64,000 nucleotides of DNA from an uncultured bacterium. Its GTDB lineage: Bacteria > Vulcanimicrobiota > Xenobia > Xenobiales > Xenobiaceae. The position numbers were made by a program, and so were the translations under genes. The notes below the pieces were generated by a model. The model worked only from the letters and a program-made list of their open reading frames with translations, made no database searches and was not told where the DNA came from. Of this stretch, positions 48,853 to 58,281 are shown in pieces. The DNA is taken from the NCBI GenBank assembly GCA_958366945.1, contig CATXCY010000010.1:6463-70462 (forward strand), read 5' to 3'. Positions within the stretch are counted from its first letter, which is position 1, and the number at the start of each line of letters is the position of its first letter.

Positions 48853-49842
48853 ATGAGCGAATATCATGTTCCCGTTCTTCTACATGAAGTTCTGGATTTT
48901 CTGAAAATTGAGCGCGGCGGTATATATTTGGATGCGACTTTAGGAGGCGGCGGCCATACTTTGGCTATCTTACAAAAGTTGCGCGAGTGCGGTGGCGGTA
49001 GTTTATTTTCTATAGATCAAGATCCTGAGGCTATAGCCGAAGCTACGAAAGCTATAGATGCTAGTGGAGTTTTGCAAGGAGAAGCTGGCAAGAGAGTTTC
49101 TTTCAAGATTTTGCGTGGCAATTTCTCTAACATGAAGGAACTACTTGCCCAGGATGGAATTTTTAGAGTTAACGGTATTCTTATGGATTTGGGGGTATCT
49201 TCTCACCAACTCGATGCACCTTGGCGTGGCTTTTCCTTTAGATACGACGGAAACTTAGATATGAGGATGTCTGATTCTGAAGAAGTGGCCAGTGCTGCCG
49301 ATTTGGTCAATAGTGCGTCCTACGAAGACTTATATCGAATAATAAGCGATTATGGAGAAGAACGCTTCGCCGGGAGGATAGCTCGAGCTATCGTTGCTGA
49401 GCGAGAATTAAAGCCTATAGCTACTACCTTCGAGTTAGCCAACCTTATCTCTCATGTTGTCCCCGCTCCCAGAGCTTCCTCACACGGTAAAGGCAAAGCT
49501 ATACATCCGGCCACTCGAACTTTTCAAGCTTTGCGCATTGCGGTAAATGACGAACTGACTGTTTTAGAAGAAGGCGTACATGCTGCTATCGGGCTGCTTG
49601 ATGCGGGTGGGCGTATCGCTGTGATCAGCTATCACTCTTTAGAAGATCGTATTATCAAGACGGCTATAAAACAATGCTTGGGACACTGCACCTGTCCCCC
49701 TCTGGCTCCTATTTGTACTTGTGGAGCTAAGGCTACTCTCAAAGAAATCACAAAGCGCCCAGTGGCTCCAAGCGATGAAGAATTAAAATTAAATCCGCGC
49801 TCTCGTTCGGCTAAGTTGCGTGTAGCCGAGCGTTTGCAATGA
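48853..49842 (+). CDS. rsmH: 16S rRNA (cytosine1402-N4)-methyltransferase RsmH (MraW)
   Basis: YHVPVLLHEVLDFL, YLDATLGGGGH, DLGVSSHQLD. Confidence 0.92.
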   Translation: MSEYHVPVLLHEVLDFLKIERGGIYLDATLGGGGHTLAILQKLRECGGGSLFSIDQDPEAIAEATKAIDASGVLQGEAGKRVSFKILRGNFSNMKELLAQDGIFRVNGILMDLGVSSHQLDAPWRGFSFRYDGNLDMRMSDSEEVASAADLVNSASYEDLYRIISDYGEERFAGRIARAIVAERELKPIATTFELANLISHVVPAPRASSHGKGKAIHPATRTFQALRIAVNDELTVLEEGVHAAIGLLDAGGRIAVISYHSLEDRIIKTAIKQCLGHCTCPPLAPICTCGAKATLKEITKRPVAPSDEELKLNPRSRSAKLRVAERLQ

Positions 49843-49927
49843 AAGGTTGTCTCTACCTTTAGAGGTTGCCTTTTAGGTAAAAAAATTAGTTATTTTACGC
49901 AAGTTTTTCTGTGGTGGAGGAAAACAA

Positions 49928-50404
49928 ATGTCTCAGTTTAGTGTGCGTCCTGCTATCAGTGTAGGCAGGTTGCCTGAATGGACTAGACAAATTCGGAGGC
50001 GGGCAGTGCGTTCAACGGAGGGCTTGAGCACTATTTCGGCTCAGGCTAAGGCTGAAATTCCTAAGCTAGCTACCGTTCCTAAAGTATGGTGCTTTTGTGT
50101 TGCGGCCGTATTGCTATCGTTTTTATTCTTGGTTACTTTGCAATATGCCGGCATAGTGGAAGTGCAATACGAACTGAATAGAGCTCAGTGTAAGCTGTCC
50201 AGCCTAGAGAAACAAAAGGTTGAGGCCGACTTGCAAGTCGAACAGTTGTCTTCTTTGAAGAGAATCTCTGAGCAAGCTCTCAAATTAGGTATGGAATACC
50301 CCTCCGCCGACGGTGTGCAAGTAGTGCGCGTATCTGTTGCTGATAATGGCAAAGTAAACGTCGCTTACGTGCCTTCGACGAACTCTGCTGATTATAAGCC
50401 ATAA
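49928..50404 (+). CDS. ftsL: FtsL-like cell-division protein (single TM helix plus coiled coil)
   Basis: Position between rsmH and ftsI. TM helix VWCFCVAAVLLSFLFLVTL followed by a Leu-heptad-rich stretch. Confidence 0.5.
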   Translation: MSQFSVRPAISVGRLPEWTRQIRRRAVRSTEGLSTISAQAKAEIPKLATVPKVWCFCVAAVLLSFLFLVTLQYAGIVEVQYELNRAQCKLSSLEKQKVEADLQVEQLSSLKRISEQALKLGMEYPSADGVQVVRVSVADNGKVNVAYVPSTNSADYKP

Positions 50405-50486
50405 GCAAAGCGTAAAGCCTACGTTATTCTTTTGAAGCATATATAAAGTGTTTTCAGGTGGCGCTGCTTTAGAATTTAAGATTGAG

Positions 50487-50518
50487 ATCTGCGCAGGTTT
50501 CTGCGCGGATATTTTTTT
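50487..50518 (+). terminator. Rho-independent terminator inside the dcw cluster (ftsL-ftsI spacer)
   Basis: ATCTGCGCAGgtttCTGCGCGGATatTTTTTTg: 10-bp stem with one G-U pair, plus a T-run. Confidence 0.6.
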
Positions 50519-50672
50519 GTGGTATCCAAGGTTGAGGCAAAGAGCTTAAGGCAGTCGTTTGAACATAAAATTTTAGATTTATACCTCGTTCATCGGTAAA
50601 GTGTTATCTAAGTTCAAGGTGGTCTGGTTCTATCCATTCGAACCTTTGTTAATGGGCAAAAAAGTTTAAAGT

Positions 50673-52550
50673 ATGGACAAACTCTGGAAAGAAACCTTTA
50701 AACAAAGAGCTATATTGGTTTTTGTACTGCTGCTGGTGTTTCTGGGCATAGTTATGCTCAGGCAACTCTGGCTTCAGTGTTTTAATGACAGCTTTTATAA
50801 ATATGAAGCGCGAAAGAAGCAAAGCTATCTAAAACAAGTTGTGGGGGTCAAGCGTGGTCTTAGAGGTGATATTCTTGACCGCAATCATCAGGCCTTAGCT
50901 ACCAGCAGTGATCGTCGCTCTATCAATAGCCATCCCTATCAAATAAAAGATCCTGCCTTAGTTAGTACTTGGCTGGCTCCTATTTTGAAAATGGACCAGG
51001 GGAAGCTCTATTCCATTTTAAGTAGCGATGAAACTTTTGTTAATTTGAAGTACAAAGCGCCTGACGAGATGTGCGATGCTGTAAAAAAACTTTACAGAGA
51101 GAAGCAACCTGAAGACGATCCTGACGATGAGACCAAAAATCCTTTATATGGTATCGAAGTTGTCAGAGAAAATTCTGGCCATCGTTTTTATCCCAAAGGG
51201 CGTTTAGCTTCACATATTTTAGGTATTGTCAATCGTGACGAAGAAGGAGTAGAAGGAACAGAGCTTCTCTTCGATCGTGAGCTTGCTCCTCAAACTTATA
51301 ATTTAGATGAAGAGATGGACGTTGCCGGCAATACTATTCCCGGAGCTCCTTCAGCTGCAGCAAAAAAGAACAAAGAATTTGATGAAGCCTCTCTCAATGG
51401 CAGTAGTATCGTTCTTACCATAGACGAGCGTATTCAGTTTATAGTTGAAGAAGAACTGAGAAAAACAGTAGCGCAGTTTAATGCTTTTGGCGGATCTATA
51501 GTAGTTCTTGATGCAAAAAACGCCGATATTTTGGCTATGGCTACTTATCCTGACTTTGATCCGGCCACCTATTATAAGTTCCCCCAAGAGCGCTGGCGCA
51601 ATAGGGCCGTTTGCGATGTTTATGAGCCTGGATCTATTTTCAAAGTTTTATCTGCTGGTGTGGCTATTAACAATGGCTACAGAGCCAGTTCCCAGTTCTA
51701 TTGTCCTGGCCGTCTCTATATAGAGGGCGATGTCGTCAACAATGCCGATGATGGACTTTATTCTAAAGGATACGAGACCATTGCCGATATTGTAGCTTAC
51801 TCTTTTAACACCGGAACGGCGTCTTTCGCTTTAGAGTTGGGCAAGAAAAAAATGGGCGAAGGTCTGGATAAATTTGGCATTGGCCACGTTACTGGTACAG
51901 AGGTTTTGGGCGAATCTTGCGGTCTTTTCGATAACTGGGAAGACTGGGGACGCTTTAGATTGGCCAATATTTCCTTTGGACAGGGAGTAGCCATTACACC
52001 TTTGCAATTGGCTTCTGCTGTACAAGCTATTGCTAATGACGGTGTGCGTATGAAACCCCATCTAGTAAAAGAAATTCTTACTCCGGATGGCAAAGTTGTA
52101 CACGAGTACATACGCAAAGAAGCCGATGAAGACAGGAATGGAGCTTACAAGGAAGTTATTCATTCGCTTAAGCCGGAAGTTTTGAGCAAGCCCATGACTA
52201 AGAGTGGGGCCCGGGAAATGCGTGAAGTTATGGCTGGAGTAATTAGCCATGGTACCGGTTCCAGGGCTAGAGTGCCCGGCTATAAAGTTGGAGGCAAAAC
52301 TGGTACTGCTCAGGTTGCTGGTGAGCACGGCTATATGGAAGGACAATATATAGCTGGTTTTGTGGGCATAGCTCCTATAGACAATCCTGAAGTGGTAGTT
52401 GTTGTGAAGATTGAAAGGCCCGGGCCTATATATTACGGTGGTTTGGTGGCTGCTCCGGTTTTCAATAAAGTTTGCACCAAGATTTTGCCTGTGTTGGGAG
52501 TACCTCCAACTCCGGGCTATAAACAACTGAATCCGGAAACGGGTTTATAA
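50673..52550 (+). CDS. ftsI: Peptidoglycan D,D-transpeptidase FtsI (class B PBP)
   Basis: SIFK (SxxK), SFN (SxN), KTGT motifs. N-terminal TM anchor. Confidence 0.9.
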   Translation: MDKLWKETFKQRAILVFVLLLVFLGIVMLRQLWLQCFNDSFYKYEARKKQSYLKQVVGVKRGLRGDILDRNHQALATSSDRRSINSHPYQIKDPALVSTWLAPILKMDQGKLYSILSSDETFVNLKYKAPDEMCDAVKKLYREKQPEDDPDDETKNPLYGIEVVRENSGHRFYPKGRLASHILGIVNRDEEGVEGTELLFDRELAPQTYNLDEEMDVAGNTIPGAPSAAAKKNKEFDEASLNGSSIVLTIDERIQFIVEEELRKTVAQFNAFGGSIVVLDAKNADILAMATYPDFDPATYYKFPQERWRNRAVCDVYEPGSIFKVLSAGVAINNGYRASSQFYCPGRLYIEGDVVNNADDGLYSKGYETIADIVAYSFNTGTASFALELGKKKMGEGLDKFGIGHVTGTEVLGESCGLFDNWEDWGRFRLANISFGQGVAITPLQLASAVQAIANDGVRMKPHLVKEILTPDGKVVHEYIRKEADEDRNGAYKEVIHSLKPEVLSKPMTKSGAREMREVMAGVISHGTGSRARVPGYKVGGKTGTAQVAGEHGYMEGQYIAGFVGIAPIDNPEVVVVVKIERPGPIYYGGLVAAPVFNKVCTKILPVLGVPPTPGYKQLNPETGL

Positions 52551-52590
52551 AAGGTACGTTGAGTAAAGTGAGGAGAACTCGAAAAAAGTT

Positions 52591-54192
52591 ATGGCAAGCA
52601 TAGCTGAGTTAAGTCAACTGCTGAAACATGCTGAAATTATAGGCGATCCTTGTGTGGAAGTTAGCGGCTTGAGTTGCGATTCCCGACAAGTAAAGCCAGG
52701 AGATCTTTTTGTTTGCGTTACTGGCTTCCAAAGTGATGGCCATGCTTTCGCCGCTGACGCTGTGGCCAAAGGGGCTAAAGCTTTGGTTGTAGAGCATATC
52801 CCTGAAAGCGTAGCCAATTCTGGGATCACATTCATAAAGACGAATAAGGCTCGTCGGGCTCTGGCCATCTTGGCGGCTCACTTTTTTGGCAATCCGGCTC
52901 AAAAATTGCTTAATATCGGTATTACCGGCACGAACGGCAAAACTACTACTTCCTACTTGGTAGAAGCTGTGCTGAAAGCTGCTGGTTACGATCCAGGCAT
53001 GTTAGGTACCATTGAAGCTCATGTGGCCGGAGAAGTGCAAAAACTTTCCAATACTACTCCTGGTTCTTTCGACTTACATAAAATGTTTGCTCAAATGGTA
53101 GAAGCCGGGCAAGACAGTGTCGTTATGGAAGTATCTTCTCACGCCATAGCTTTGGATCGCGTCTATGGTATACCTTATGACATTGCTGTCTTTACCAACT
53201 TAACTCAGGATCACTTAGATTTCCATGGTACTATGGAAAACTATTTCCAAGCCAAGGCGAAACTCTTCACTCGTCTGGGCGTTTATGGCGAAAGAGCTGT
53301 GGGGCCTTTTGCCGTGATTAATTTGGATGATCCTTACAGTGAACGTCTTATCGGCCTTATCAAAGATAGAGTTCCAGTTATCACTTACGGAACTAGCCAC
53401 AAAGCCGATGTACGTGCTTTCAATGTGGTTGCTGGCCCCAGCGGCTTGAGCTTTACGCTTGAGACTAGAGTTGGTGAGCGTGACGTTAACTTGCAACTAT
53501 CCGGTTTATTCAATTTGCACAATGCCTTGGCAGCTGTGGCTGTGGGCATGGCTTTGCGTATTGGCTTGGATTGTGTCGTTAAGGCGCTTGAATCAGTAGC
53601 TGCAGTTCCCGGACGCTTCCAATTGGTGCGTATGGGACAAAGTTTTACAGTTATTGTCGATTATGCCCACACTCCCGATGGCTTAGAGCATTTGCTTGAT
53701 TCGGCTCGTCTAATTACGACTGGACGCCTTTGTTTGGTCTTCGGATGTGGAGGCGATCGTGATAAGGGAAAACGTCCTATTATGGGACGCTTGGCTGTAG
53801 AAAAAGCGGACAAAGTTTATATTACTACAGATAATCCGCGCAGCGAAGCTCCTGAGAGTATTGTCAAGCAAATCTTGTCTGGCATTTCTACCGCTAATAT
53901 GGAGCACGTTGAAATTATTTACGATAGGGCTGAAGCTATAGAAAAAGCGATAAGCAATGCCAAGCCTGGTGACACTGTCGTTATTGCTGGCAAAGGGCAT
54001 GAGACTTATCAAAAATTCGGTGATCACACTACCCATTTCGATGATGTTGAGCAGGCGAAGAAGGCTTTAAGCAAATCTGCTCTTCAGTCTGGAGCTTTAG
54101 ATACTTTGGCTGCTAGCCGTATCCGCATGCACACTGCCTGGAATCGTCGAGCTTTGGATCATAGTCGTTACGTTATCGGCAGCGCTCTTTAA
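52591..54192 (+). CDS. murE: UDP-N-acetylmuramoyl-L-alanyl-D-glutamate--2,6-diaminopimelate ligase MurE
   Basis: GITGTNGKTTTSYL P-loop, and the DNPRSE motif typical of mDAP-adding MurE. Confidence 0.92.
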   Translation: MASIAELSQLLKHAEIIGDPCVEVSGLSCDSRQVKPGDLFVCVTGFQSDGHAFAADAVAKGAKALVVEHIPESVANSGITFIKTNKARRALAILAAHFFGNPAQKLLNIGITGTNGKTTTSYLVEAVLKAAGYDPGMLGTIEAHVAGEVQKLSNTTPGSFDLHKMFAQMVEAGQDSVVMEVSSHAIALDRVYGIPYDIAVFTNLTQDHLDFHGTMENYFQAKAKLFTRLGVYGERAVGPFAVINLDDPYSERLIGLIKDRVPVITYGTSHKADVRAFNVVAGPSGLSFTLETRVGERDVNLQLSGLFNLHNALAAVAVGMALRIGLDCVVKALESVAAVPGRFQLVRMGQSFTVIVDYAHTPDGLEHLLDSARLITTGRLCLVFGCGGDRDKGKRPIMGRLAVEKADKVYITTDNPRSEAPESIVKQILSGISTANMEHVEIIYDRAEAIEKAISNAKPGDTVVIAGKGHETYQKFGDHTTHFDDVEQAKKALSKSALQSGALDTLAASRIRMHTAWNRRALDHSRYVIGSAL

Positions 54193-54301
54193 TTTTACCT
54201 ATTTTCGGCAGTCCTCTCACCTTGAATTGCTTTTGTATTCTTGATGAGGGGACTTTGTTGTACAGTTATCTTTTTAGAAACGGAACTTATCAATCTGAAT
54301 T

Positions 54302-55792
54302 ATGGACAAAATTTGGCAAGCTGATGCTGTGGCTCGGGTACTCAACACCGAATTTCCCAAAAATATAGCCAACGATTATTGTTTTACTGGAATTTTTACC
54401 GACAGCAGACATCCTGTGGCGGGAGGGTTGTTTGTTCCTTTGTGCGGAGAGCGTTTCAATGCTCACAAATTTGTGCAATCTGCTTTGCAAGGAGGCGCGG
54501 CCGCGTCTCTTTGGTCGAGGCGTGAAGCTGGAGAAATTGAAGTACCTGAAGCCTATCGAGATCGCCTAATTTACGTAGACTCTGGTTTGCAAGCTTATCT
54601 GTTGCTTAGTGGCTACTATATGCACTTCTGTGGAGTTAAAGTTTTAGGTATAACTGGTTCTGTAGGCAAAACTACTACTAAAGATTTCGCTAAGGCCATT
54701 TTGGGGCAAAAATATTGTGTGGGAGCTACGCTCGCCAATCACAACAATGAGGTAGGTTTTGCCGAAACTTTGCTTTCTTTAAGCCGAGAGAGCGAATGGG
54801 CTGTTGTAGAAATGGGCATGAGAGCTCGCGGAGAGATAGAGCGTTTGGCTAAAATTGCCCAGCCCCAAGTCAGTATTATTACTACCATCGGTGAATCTCA
54901 TTTAGAACGTTTGGGTACTCGTCGGGAAATTGCCTTAGCTAAAGCCGAGTTATTGGACTATAGCTCTAAAGATGGTGTGGCTATTTTGCCTGCCGATTCC
55001 GATTTTTATGAACTTTTGTGCGAACATGCTCTAGGAAAGCGTGTTTCTTTTGCTGTTAGCAGCGCTGAGGCCGATTGGCATTTGTTGGCAACTGAAGAAA
55101 AAATTCTTTTGGGAGAACACTCTAAAGATTCTGCTATGCGGCGCTTAATCTGTGGGCAAATGGTGCGTTTTGTCTGCCCTGAAGGGGAAAAAGAACTTTT
55201 CTTACCTGCGCCGGGACGCCATAATTGTGTCAATATGTTGGCTGCTTTGGCTGCTGGCTATGAAGTGGGTATTTCGGTAGAGGAGGCGGCTCAAGGATTA
55301 GCTTCTTGCAAACTTACTGGCAAGCGTTTGGAAATGGAAATAGCTCCAGATGGCACAGTTTTAATTGACGATTCTTATAATGCTGCTCCCAGTTCTGTGA
55401 AAGCTGCTTTGGAGCTATTAGCCAAATTGCCGGAGCTATCGGTAGATAAAGGCCAGATCGCTAATTGCCAAACTAAGAAAAGACAGCGCATAGCCATTTT
55501 GGGAGATATGCTTGAATTGGGTGGCAATGAGCGACAAATGCACGAGGAATTAGGAACTGTCTGTGCCGATTGCTGTGTGGATCTTTTAATAGGTGTGGGC
55601 GAATTGAGCCGTTATACGGTACGCAATGCTCAAGAGCATGGCTTGAAGACCGTTTGGGCCGCCGATTTTGAGCAAGCGTTGGAAAAGCTAAATGCTCTGC
55701 GTCAGCCTGGCGATTATCTGTTAGTAAAAGCCTCTCATTCGATCAATCTTTCCGCTTTAGCTCAAAAGATTAGAGCAAATTATGTTGTATAA
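54302..55792 (+). CDS. murF: UDP-N-acetylmuramoyl-tripeptide--D-alanyl-D-alanine ligase MurF
   Basis: GITGSVGKTTTKDF. Mur ligase domain order. Confidence 0.9.
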   Translation: MDKIWQADAVARVLNTEFPKNIANDYCFTGIFTDSRHPVAGGLFVPLCGERFNAHKFVQSALQGGAAASLWSRREAGEIEVPEAYRDRLIYVDSGLQAYLLLSGYYMHFCGVKVLGITGSVGKTTTKDFAKAILGQKYCVGATLANHNNEVGFAETLLSLSRESEWAVVEMGMRARGEIERLAKIAQPQVSIITTIGESHLERLGTRREIALAKAELLDYSSKDGVAILPADSDFYELLCEHALGKRVSFAVSSAEADWHLLATEEKILLGEHSKDSAMRRLICGQMVRFVCPEGEKELFLPAPGRHNCVNMLAALAAGYEVGISVEEAAQGLASCKLTGKRLEMEIAPDGTVLIDDSYNAAPSSVKAALELLAKLPELSVDKGQIANCQTKKRQRIAILGDMLELGGNERQMHEELGTVCADCCVDLLIGVGELSRYTVRNAQEHGLKTVWAADFEQALEKLNALRQPGDYLLVKASHSINLSALAQKIRANYVV

Positions 55793-55835
55793 TGGGCGAT
55801 ATTTTTGATTATAAAATTAAAGAAAGAGGCGCTTT

Positions 55836-56810
55836 ATGTGTAGTTTGCCTTGGCTGCATTCTGTTGGATTGGCTATTCTGACTGGTTTGGGATTAGCTTT
55901 GGTAAGTATGCCCATCTTTTTGCGATGGGCTAAAGGTCATGGTTGGGGACAGGAGGTTCGAGAAGAAGGGCCTAAAGCTCACCTTTCCAAGGCTGGCACT
56001 CCTACTATGGGAGGAATTGTACTGATTTTAGCTGGCTTAATCGCCAGTTTTTGGGCTCCCAATAGCCTAGACTTGTGGATATTCCGCTTTACAGTAGTAG
56101 TTTGTGCTGGTGTGGGCATGGTCGACGACTTAAGCAAACTTATGAAACATCGCAGCTTAGGCCTAAAAGCGCGTCATAAGATGGCTGTGCTATTGGTACT
56201 GGGTCTGATCCTTTTCGCTTATTTGGCTCTTACTCGCCAAAATTTTGGTGTAAATATTCCATTAGTTGGCTTTGTTGGCAGCACTTGGGTTGTGCTGGCC
56301 GTTACCCTTTTACTCACTAGCGGTACCGTCAATGCTGTAAATTTAACTGACGGCTTAGACGGCTTGGCTGGAGGTACATGCACGGCCGCTTTGTTGGCGT
56401 ACTCAGCTATCGCCGCTCACACTGGTCATACCGAGTTGTGCATTGCTTCTGCGGCCATGGCTGGAGCTTGTGTAGGTTTCCTTTGGTATAATGTTTTCCC
56501 GGCTAGAGTTTTTATGGGAGATACCGGATCTCTGGCTTTGGGAGGAGCTTTAGCATCCTTGGCCCTTTTGACCGGAACAGAATTTTTACTTGTTTTGGTG
56601 GGCGGAATTTTTGTTATAGAAGCCCTTTCCGTAATCATTCAAGTTTCTTACTTTAAGTTAACTAATGGTAAGCGCATCTTTAAGATGAGCCCTATTCACC
56701 ATCACTTTGAACTGAGTGGTTTACATGAAGTTCAGGTAACGGCTCGCTTTACGATTATTTCCGTAATTTTAGCTTTGTTAGGCGTTCTTTATTGCTTGGG
56801 AGGTCTATAA
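55836..56810 (+). CDS. mraY: Phospho-N-acetylmuramoyl-pentapeptide-transferase MraY
   Basis: GTPTMGG, DDxxK, polytopic membrane protein. Confidence 0.92.
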   Translation: MCSLPWLHSVGLAILTGLGLALVSMPIFLRWAKGHGWGQEVREEGPKAHLSKAGTPTMGGIVLILAGLIASFWAPNSLDLWIFRFTVVVCAGVGMVDDLSKLMKHRSLGLKARHKMAVLLVLGLILFAYLALTRQNFGVNIPLVGFVGSTWVVLAVTLLLTSGTVNAVNLTDGLDGLAGGTCTAALLAYSAIAAHTGHTELCIASAAMAGACVGFLWYNVFPARVFMGDTGSLALGGALASLALLTGTEFLLVLVGGIFVIEALSVIIQVSYFKLTNGKRIFKMSPIHHHFELSGLHEVQVTARFTIISVILALLGVLYCLGGL

Positions 56811-58246
56811 TGACTAATTCCAATATGATTCACGATTATAAAGGCAAAAATATTGCCGTCTTGGGGATGGGCAAAAGTGGCATAGCTTTAGCTGAAGTGC
56901 TCAGTCAGCGTGGTGCCCATGTTTTAGTTAGCGATACTAGAAGTGCTGAACAATTGGGGGCAGCTGTTGAAACATTAAGCAAGCTTCCTGTCGAGTATGA
57001 ATGTGGCGGCCATTCTGAGCGTGTGTTAGCAAGTGATATTATCGTCATCAGCCCTGGCGTCTCGATTCACAGTCCACTGATAGAGAAGGCGCTCTCAATG
57101 GGTGTTAAAGTGCTGGGTGAAGTGGAAATTGCTTGGAGTATTTCTCCAGCTCCCTTTATTGCCGTAACTGGTACCAATGGTAAATCTACTACTGTTACTT
57201 TGATTGATCGTATGCTGGGAGAGCGCTCCGTATTGGCAGGCAATATCGGCAATCCGTTGGTAGCTGAAGTAGGTAAAGCTCGTCCTGATGGCTTCGTTAC
57301 GGCGGAAATATCTAGCTTTCAATTAGAAAGTGTCGATCAATTCCATCCTCATATCGGCGTACTTACCAATGTAACTCCCGATCATTTGGACCGTCACCCC
57401 AATTTAGAAGAATACTTCGCTGCTAAAGCTCGTCTTTTTGCTCGTATGGGCCCCAAAGATTTGGCTATTTTCAGCGATGATGATCCTGAGGCTAAACGCA
57501 TGGCCAAACTTTTGCGTGAAGGTAAGTTGCCCTCTTGGTTACCTACTTATCCCGCTCCCGAAGTTCCGGCTTGTCCTCAGATTATGACCTTTTCAGTCGA
57601 TCATCCAGTAGCTAAAGGTACTTGGTATGAAAAAGGCTTAATTTGGTATCGCAATGAATCTTGTGCCGAGCCGGTAGTTGAATGGAATGAAGATGAATAT
57701 CCTGGCTTACCTGGACCTCACAATTTAGCCAATGCTTTGGCCGCCACTGCTGTAGCTCGTTTTCTTCATGTCGATCAAGAGACTATTCGCCGCGCTTTTG
57801 TGGCTCATAAGCCTTTGCACTATCGCATGGAAGAAGTGCGCAATTATAAAGGAGTTCGTTTTATTGACGACTCTAAAGCTACCAATACCAGCTCGGTAAT
57901 AGCTGCTGTTGATGCTTTTAAGAGCGCCCCTCTAGTGTTGATCGCTGGAGGTAAAGACAAAGGTTTCGATTTTTCTCCTTTAGGGAAAGCTATTATTGAT
58001 TGCTGTGATTATCTGATTCTCATTGGAGAGGCTGCCGATAGGTTGGAAAAGTCTGTTTTGCAATTTGGAACTTTGCCTATTTCCCGCGCGGCTAGTTTAG
58101 AAGAGGCTGTCAATTTAGGTTGGGAAAAAGTGAAAGAAAGTGGCGGTACGGTACTTCTCTCTCCGGCTTGTTCCAGCTTCGATATGTTCCACAACGCTGA
58201 AGAGCGGGGCCAGCTTTTTGCCGAGTATGCACTTAAAATCCGCTAG
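56810..58246 (+). CDS. murD: UDP-N-acetylmuramoylalanine--D-glutamate ligase MurD
   Basis: KNIAVLGMGKSG, AVTGTNGKSTTVTLI. ATG at 56810 after the RBS gggagg, overlapping the mraY stop. Confidence 0.9.
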   Translation: MTNSNMIHDYKGKNIAVLGMGKSGIALAEVLSQRGAHVLVSDTRSAEQLGAAVETLSKLPVEYECGGHSERVLASDIIVISPGVSIHSPLIEKALSMGVKVLGEVEIAWSISPAPFIAVTGTNGKSTTVTLIDRMLGERSVLAGNIGNPLVAEVGKARPDGFVTAEISSFQLESVDQFHPHIGVLTNVTPDHLDRHPNLEEYFAAKARLFARMGPKDLAIFSDDDPEAKRMAKLLREGKLPSWLPTYPAPEVPACPQIMTFSVDHPVAKGTWYEKGLIWYRNESCAEPVVEWNEDEYPGLPGPHNLANALAATAVARFLHVDQETIRRAFVAHKPLHYRMEEVRNYKGVRFIDDSKATNTSSVIAAVDAFKSAPLVLIAGGKDKGFDFSPLGKAIIDCCDYLILIGEAADRLEKSVLQFGTLPISRAASLEEAVNLGWEKVKESGGTVLLSPACSSFDMFHNAEERGQLFAEYALKIR

Positions 58247-58281
58247 GATGCCCGATGAAAAAGGCCGGAGGTCGCATATAA

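Noticed and set aside
50616-50640. tRNA T-arm-like hairpin GGTTCtatccattcGAACC
   Set aside because: The loop is 9 nt, not 7. No acceptor stem, D-arm or anticodon arm can be drawn around it. It lies in the ftsL-ftsI spacer.
52062-52526. 154-aa minus-strand ORF
   Set aside because: It lies entirely antisense within ftsI. There are similar antisense ORFs at 51797-52117, 27894-28355, 29263-29808 and 19164-19595. Most likely noise.
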